64,000 nucleotides of DNA from contig NZ_JBNTKA010000002.1 in the NCBI RefSeq assembly GCF_051195135.1, forward strand, positions 831,298 through 895,297, in the 5' to 3' direction. Shown in pieces: positions 58,952 to 64,000 of this stretch. This DNA is from Halobaculum sp. D14. Lineage in GTDB: Archaea > Halobacteriota > Halobacteria > Halobacteriales > Haloferacaceae. Every line of letters begins with the position of its first letter. The stretch's first letter is position 1. Under the pieces are notes generated by a model. The model was not told where the DNA came from, searched no databases, and saw only the letters and a list, made by a program, of their open reading frames with translations. Position numbers and translations under genes: made by a program.

Positions 58952-59535
58952 GCCAGCGCGGCGTCGACGTGGCCGGCCTGAGAGCCGTCGGCGAGTCGGC
59001 GGTCAGCGCCGTCCTCGACCGCGTCGGCCGCGGCGTCTCCGCGGTCCAAGAGCGGACGCCGCTCCCGTACGACGTCCTTGAGTCCGACGACGCGTACCTC
59101 GTCGTGTTCGACGCGCCCGGCGCGACGAGCAGCGACGTCCAGGTCCGGTTCCGCGACGGCGCCGTCGAGGTGCGCGTCGACCGGTTCCGCGACCCGCACG
59201 ACGGCTTCGAGATGCGGTTCCCCGGCCGCGGGCTCTCGCTCGACGGCCGCGCGGAACTCCCGCCGGGCGCCGCCGTCGACCCGGGCGGCGCCGCTTCGAC
59301 GCTCACCGGACGCGGCACGCTCCGCGTCAGACTCCCGAAAACCGAGGCGGACCGCGAACACGCCGTCGAAATCACCGACGTCGACGCGGACGCCGAGACG
59401 GCGGATGCGGCCGCGGACGCAGACGCTGACGCCGAGACGACCGGCGCGGACGAGGAGACGCTGGAGGAAGATGACCCGGACGAAGACGGAGATGACCGCG
59501 GACGCGGCGCGGGCGCGGGAAGCGCGGACCGCTAG
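58948..59535 (+). CDS. Hsp20/alpha-crystallin family small heat-shock protein
   Basis: ACD-like core DVLESDDAYLVVFDAPG...GAVEVRVDR...LRVRLPKTE. Confidence 0.7.
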   Translation: MSQRGVDVAGLRAVGESAVSAVLDRVGRGVSAVQERTPLPYDVLESDDAYLVVFDAPGATSSDVQVRFRDGAVEVRVDRFRDPHDGFEMRFPGRGLSLDGRAELPPGAAVDPGGAASTLTGRGTLRVRLPKTEADREHAVEITDVDADAETADAAADADADAETTGADEETLEEDDPDEDGDDRGRGAGAGSADR

Positions 59536-60695
59536 TCCGTCGCCTCTCGCCGCTCTTCGACGACCATCCCTTCTCGAATCTCGAACTCCCGGTCGCCGTC
59601 GAACCGGGTCGGGTCGAACGACGCCGGACCGTCGCGTTCGCCGAGCACCTGCTCGGCGACGAGTTCGCCGGTCGCCGGCGCGCGCATGAAGCCGTGGCCC
59701 TGCCAGCCGGCGGCAACGTAGACGCCGTCGGCGACGGCGCCGACCAGCGGGTCGCCGTCCGGAGTCGCGGTACAGAGGCCGGCCCAGGCGCGCTCCGGGG
59801 CGGCGTCGTAGTCGGCGCGGTGCCGCAGGACCTCGCGGGTGTCCGCGACGAACCAGTCGTCGCCGTCGCGGTCCCAGTCGTCCGGGTCGGCCTCCTCGGG
59901 CACGGTGCCGTCGCCGCCGAGCAGGCCGTCGGGGTGCGGCCGGAAGTAGACGCCGGCGGTGGCGTCGTAGCACATCGGGCCGTCGTAGCCGTCGGCGCCG
60001 ACGAGCGCCTGCACCCGGTACGGTTTCAGCGGGAGCGCGACGCCGGCCTCCCCGAGCAGCGCCGCGGTGTGCGCGCCGGCGGCGACGACGACGGCGTCGA
60101 ACGGCCGCGTCGCGGCCGCGTCGCCGCCGCTGCCCGTCCCCGAAACCGTGACCGCCGGTGGCGACGTCGACACCGACACCGCCGCGTTCAAGCGGAGTTC
60201 GGCGCCGGCGTCGACCGCCTTCCGGGCGACCAGTTCGACGTAGCTCGCCGGGTCGGTCCAGCCGGCGTTCGACGCGACGGCCGCGGCGGCGACGTCGTCG
60301 GTGCGGAGCGCCGGGAACCGTCGGCCGAGTTCCGCGCCGGAGACGGTGTCGACGTCGCGGCCGTGCTGACGCATCCGGGCCGCCGCGGCGCCGATGGCCT
60401 CCGCGCGGGCGTCGTCGCCGTCGCGGGCGAGCATCACGTACGGGCACTCGCGGAGCCTGAAGCCGCCGTCCCCGGAGAACGACCGGAATCGCTCCATCGA
60501 CCGCGCGCCGAGTTCGGCGTCGACGTCCTCGGCGTAGGCGTCGTACAGCACGCCGGCGGCCCGGCCGGACGACGCGGCAGCGACGCGGTCGCCGCGCTCG
60601 AACACGGTGACGTCGGCGCCGCGTGCCGCGAGGTCGTAGGCGGCGGTGACGCCGACCGCGCCGGCGCCGACGACCGCGACCCGTTCGGGGCTCAC
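59532..60695 (-). CDS. FAD-dependent oxidoreductase (DAO family)
   Basis: N-terminal VAVVGAGAVGVTAAYDLAARGADVTVFE; GTG start overlapping the upstream stop (GTGA). Confidence 0.8.
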   Translation of the reverse strand: MSPERVAVVGAGAVGVTAAYDLAARGADVTVFERGDRVAAASSGRAAGVLYDAYAEDVDAELGARSMERFRSFSGDGGFRLRECPYVMLARDGDDARAEAIGAAAARMRQHGRDVDTVSGAELGRRFPALRTDDVAAAAVASNAGWTDPASYVELVARKAVDAGAELRLNAAVSVSTSPPAVTVSGTGSGGDAAATRPFDAVVVAAGAHTAALLGEAGVALPLKPYRVQALVGADGYDGPMCYDATAGVYFRPHPDGLLGGDGTVPEEADPDDWDRDGDDWFVADTREVLRHRADYDAAPERAWAGLCTATPDGDPLVGAVADGVYVAAGWQGHGFMRAPATGELVAEQVLGERDGPASFDPTRFDGDREFEIREGMVVEERREATD

Positions 60696-61459
60696 CGGTG
60701 GGGCTCCGGCATGAGCGCGTCGAACGGCCGGGACGCCAGCCAGTCGACGAGCGCGTCGAGTTCGTCGGTCGCCTGCTCGTACAGCCTCCTGCCCTTCTCG
60801 GCGTCGCCGCGCGTCGGCTCGCCGACCGCGCCGGACTCGGAGAAGTCCGCGGTGTCGAAGCCGACCGACGCCCCGTGGACGCGCTTCCCCCACGACTCGG
60901 CGGCGCCGGCCTCCGCGTCCGCCAGTTTCGCCTCCCGGACGAGGTCGGCGGCGACGTACGACACCATGCTGGTCTCCATCGCGTCCGCGTGCCCGATGCC
61001 GGACTGGTCGAACAGCTCCTCGTCGAGGCCGCCGAGGCTCGACCACCAGTCCCACGGCGCGACGAACGCGACCCGCTCGCCGCGGATGCGACGCGCGGCG
61101 CGCTGGAGCGCGTCGGTGTTCCCGCCGTGGCCGTTACACACCACCAGTTTCCGGACGCCGTGGGACGCGACCGACGCCAGAATCTCGCCGACGTAGTCCT
61201 CGAACGTCTCCGGTTCGGCCCACAGCGTCCCGTCGAACTGGCGGTGGTGCGCCGACACGCCGACCGGCACCGTCGGCAGCACCACGACGTCGTCGCGGTC
61301 GACGCCGCGCGCCACCGCCTCCGCCGCGATGAAGTCCGTGCCGAGCGGGAGCGCCGGGCCGTGCTGCTCCACCGACCCCGTCGGCAGGACGGCGACCTCG
61401 ACGTCGTCGTCGAACAGGTCGCCCACTTCCGCCGTCGTCTGCTCGTGCAGGAGTCGCAT
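60692..61459 (-). CDS. creatininase-family amidohydrolase (possibly ArfB-type formamide hydrolase)
   Basis: Metal-site blocks LPTGSVEQHGP, VVCNGHGGN, HADAMETS. Confidence 0.75.
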   Translation of the reverse strand: MRLLHEQTTAEVGDLFDDDVEVAVLPTGSVEQHGPALPLGTDFIAAEAVARGVDRDDVVVLPTVPVGVSAHHRQFDGTLWAEPETFEDYVGEILASVASHGVRKLVVCNGHGGNTDALQRAARRIRGERVAFVAPWDWWSSLGGLDEELFDQSGIGHADAMETSMVSYVAADLVREAKLADAEAGAAESWGKRVHGASVGFDTADFSESGAVGEPTRGDAEKGRRLYEQATDELDALVDWLASRPFDALMPEPHR

Positions 61460-61586
61460 ACGTCGTGTTCGCGCCGCCGAGCCCTTAGCCGATTGGGTCC
61501 CAGCACACCGAACGTGGGCACTCCTCAGAAACGGATTCGTCGCGCTCGCCCGCCGCCTCCGTCTGAATAAGCGCGTCTGGAACCGA

Positions 61587-61682
61587 GTCGCGGCCGCGGT
61601 CGGCGTCGCAGTGGCGGTCGGCGTTGCCGTCGCGGTCGGCGTCGCAGTGGCGGTCGGCGTCGCAGTTCCAGTCGCGGTCGAC
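61587..61682. repeat. intergenic 18-nt tandem repeat, about five copies
   Basis: GTCGCAGTGGCGGTCGGC and variants lie between the creatininase start and the stop of the upstream gene. Confidence 0.85.
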
Positions 61683-61703
61683 GTCAGCGCGCCGCCGCGT
61701 CGG

Positions 61704-62648
61704 TCAGCGGAACGTCTCGACGCCGGCGGCCGGGTAGCCGACGACGGTGTCGACGCCGACGTCCCTCAGGGCGGCGACGCGGTCGCCGACCGTGTCGGGG
61801 TCGCCGACGAGCGCGTAGTCGCGCACCGCCTTCGAGAGCACGTCGCGGGCGCGGCCCTCGGCCGACGAGTCGGTCGCGGCGCCGTCGGGCAGCGCCTCCC
61901 GCACCGGCTTCCGTCGGGCGGCGTAGTCGCCGACCGCGTCGAGCACGTCGTCCTCGTCGTCGGTCGGGACCGTCGGCGCGTACACCGCGATTCGGCCGTC
62001 GTAGCCCGCCGCGCGGAGGCCGCGGACGTCGCGTTCGGTGGTCCGCGAGAGCAGTTCGTACTGGACGCCGCCGGCGGCGAGCGCGAGCCGCTCGACGCCC
62101 TCGGTGCCGACCCACGGCTCACCGTCAGGGTCGTCGTCGGCGACGGCGTCCATCGCGTCGCCGAGCCGCGGCGCGACCGCGCGGCGCCGCTCCGTCTCGC
62201 TCAGGTACGCCGGGTGGCCGGCGACGAGCACGCGCCCGACCGACGCCGGGACCCGTCGGCTCAGCGAGTCGTCGCCGCGCGGGTCGAAGCCGTCGGCGCG
62301 CACCGGAGTCGCCAGCCGGACGTCGCGGTCGGCTGCCAGCTCCGCCAGCAGGTCGAACGACGGCAGCTCGTCGCGGCCCTCGTAGTCGACGCAGACGAGG
62401 CCGAACGGCAGGTCGGCGGCGACCGACACGTCACACTCGGTCGGCTTCAGCGCCACGCCGTCCAGCCCGGTCCGGGCGGCGACGCTCCCCTCCGGCGCCC
62501 GGCGTTCGACGGCTCCCGCCGCGTCGTCGGCCGCGTCGACCCGGCTGTCGCCGTGGCCGTCGGCGTCGTCGCGCGCGGCGTCGCTGTCGGCGTCGGTCTC
62601 GGCTCTGGTCGTCGCGTCGGCGTCGTCGGCGTCGGTGAGTGCAGTCAT
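61704..62648 (-). CDS. hypothetical protein with an acidic N-terminal tail
   Basis: 314 aa with coding-like composition; function not recognised. Confidence 0.5.
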   Translation of the reverse strand: MTALTDADDADATTRAETDADSDAARDDADGHGDSRVDAADDAAGAVERRAPEGSVAARTGLDGVALKPTECDVSVAADLPFGLVCVDYEGRDELPSFDLLAELAADRDVRLATPVRADGFDPRGDDSLSRRVPASVGRVLVAGHPAYLSETERRRAVAPRLGDAMDAVADDDPDGEPWVGTEGVERLALAAGGVQYELLSRTTERDVRGLRAAGYDGRIAVYAPTVPTDDEDDVLDAVGDYAARRKPVREALPDGAATDSSAEGRARDVLSKAVRDYALVGDPDTVGDRVAALRDVGVDTVVGYPAAGVETFR

Positions 62649-62824
62649 CGGTGGGGAACGTCGTCGCTGGCGGTGATGGAAGTCGATTCGGAGCGGTCGC
62701 TGAACGCAGAACGGGTTTCAGTGCGGTCGCGGAACGCGACCAATCGCCTGTGCGGCCATACACGTCGAAAGCGGCCAGTCCCGGATAAGCGTGGTGCTCC
62801 CGTCAGAATCGACTCGTTCGGCGG

Positions 62825-63424
62825 CTACACCGGGTAGTCGGCGTCGGGGTCGACGACGCGGTCCGGCTCCGCCGGCGCCTCCCAGTCCGTCGTGAGTTCG
62901 AGAAGCTGCACCAGCATCCGACCGGTCGCGCCCCAGACGGTGTAGCCGTCGACGTGGAAGAAGTGGAGTCGGACCGCGCCGTGGTGCGGGTGGTCGCGGC
63001 GCTCGGACTCGTAGTTCGACAGGTCGGTGAGGTCCGCCACCGACAGCACCGCGATCTCCGCGACTTCCGCGTCCGACGGCTCGTACTCACGGTCCGGAAC
63101 GGTCCCGACGAACGGCGTCACGACGTACTCCGAGACGGTCGGCAGGTCGTCGAGCCGGCCGACGACCGACGCCTCGGCGGGCCGCAGCCCGATTTCCTCC
63201 TCGGCCTCCCGGAGCGCCGTCGCCTCCAGGCTGTCGTCGACGGACTCCGCGCCGCCGCCCGGGAAGCTCATCTGCCCCGGGTGGTTCCCGAGGTGGTCCG
63301 CGCGCTTCGTGAACAGGATGTGCGGTTCGCCGTCCCGCTCCAGGACCGGTGCGAGCACGGCTGCGCGCCGCTCGGCGTCCGCGACCGTCACCGGCGCGTG
63401 GTCGCTGACCCCGGCGAGGTTCAT
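62825..63424 (-). CDS. NUDIX hydrolase (CoA pyrophosphatase-like)
   Basis: Nudix box GGGAESVDDSLEATALREAEEEIGL. Confidence 0.8.
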   Translation of the reverse strand: MNLAGVSDHAPVTVADAERRAAVLAPVLERDGEPHILFTKRADHLGNHPGQMSFPGGGAESVDDSLEATALREAEEEIGLRPAEASVVGRLDDLPTVSEYVVTPFVGTVPDREYEPSDAEVAEIAVLSVADLTDLSNYESERRDHPHHGAVRLHFFHVDGYTVWGATGRMLVQLLELTTDWEAPAEPDRVVDPDADYPV

Positions 63425-63575
63425 GTCGGCAGTCGGCGCGGACCGGCCTTCAACTGTGCGGTCCGCGCCAATCGTGGCCGCGGTCGTCGCTGCGCTGCCC
63501 CGTGCCGCCGTCCGCGCCACCGCACCGCCGGCTCTCGTGACCGCCCCACGTCACTGTCGCTCGCTCGGATACGGG

Positions 63576-64000
63576 TCAGTCGTCGACGTCGTCGGCGTCG
63601 GCGCGGGCGGCCGCGGCGACCTCCGCGGGCGTCAGGTCCGTCTCCGACCAGGCTGGGAGCCGGTCGTCGTCGCCGGGCGGCGCGATGGCGTCGGCGTACG
63701 TCTCCACCTGGTCGCGCTCGCCGGCGCGGTCGAACTCCAGGCCGTTGAACGCGGCGTCCGTCGCGTACGACCGGATGAACGACGCCGCGGTTTCTCGGTA
63801 GCGCGCCGGCAGCGTGTCGTACGCCGGGTCGACGCCGCGCTCCTCTACGGCGCGCAGCAGCGCCGCCCCGACCGACCGGCTCATGTCCGAGAGCCCGGTC
63901 GGCCCGGAGACCGCGCGGTGGTCGTGCTCGTAGCTCCCGAGGTCGACCTGCGCGGCGCCGTCGAAGCCGACCGCCTCGAAGGCGTCCGCGAGCGTCCCGA
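63576..64000 (-). CDS. partial CDS, C-terminal part only; the N-terminus lies beyond the window end
   Basis: The frame stays open from 64000 down to the stop at 63576; function not recognised. Confidence 0.45.
   Translation of the reverse strand, partial: GTLADAFEAVGFDGAAQVDLGSYEHDHRAVSGPTGLSDMSRSVGAALLRAVEERGVDPAYDTLPARYRETAASFIRSYATDAAFNGLEFDRAGERDQVETYADAIAPPGDDDRLPAWSETDLTPAEVAAAARADADDVDD

Noticed and set aside
58864-61521. 885-aa minus ORF spanning the Hsp20, oxidoreductase and creatininase region
   Set aside because: Arg-rich artefact; three well-supported genes occupy the other frames.
61587-61682. Possible CRISPR array
   Set aside because: The repeats are directly contiguous with no spacers, the units are 18 nt, and there are no cas genes, so this is a minisatellite.

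Overview
This window is a high-GC (about 68-70%) haloarchaeal chromosomal segment, with a Halobacterium-like gene content. It is densely coding, holds about 65 protein genes and one tRNA-Ile(GAU), and contains no rRNA, CRISPR array, transposase or integrase.

Nearly all long arginine-rich ORFs in the six-frame track are shadow frames on the strand opposite real genes and were discarded.

Recognisable genes:
- An inactivated family-B DNA polymerase homolog (motif C lacks its first Asp), preceded by two small genes that overlap it.
- A cluster on the minus strand: trpC-trpB-trpA, ADH synthase (aroA'), an SDR, 3-dehydroquinate synthase II (aroB') and pyruvate kinase. aroD lies about 9 kb away.
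- lonB with a CPBP (Abi) protease, and a stomatin/NfeD pair.
- Thermosome subunit, TFB, DnaG primase, PdxS, ThrB, iPGM, MptA, NMNAT and archaeal Lon.
- A radical-SAM/MBL pair and a creatininase(ArfB-like)/FAD-oxidoreductase pair.
- A Zn-ribbon/Hsp20 pair.

Unusual features:
- An MGMT-like protein with Asp in place of the alkyl-acceptor Cys.
- A GT2/flippase-like fusion carrying four perfect 36-nt tandem repeats.
- A hexanucleotide (SAE)n array inside dnaG.
- An 18-nt x5 intergenic tandem repeat.
- A 15-nt promoter-like motif, CACCTATTTRTGTGA, placed 25 nt upstream of the predicted start codons of two unrelated genes.

I found no clear, novel multi-gene system such as a defence island or mobile element. 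The candidates for something new are the PolB-associated triad, the MGMT-like D-variant and the SDR embedded in the shikimate-precursor cluster.
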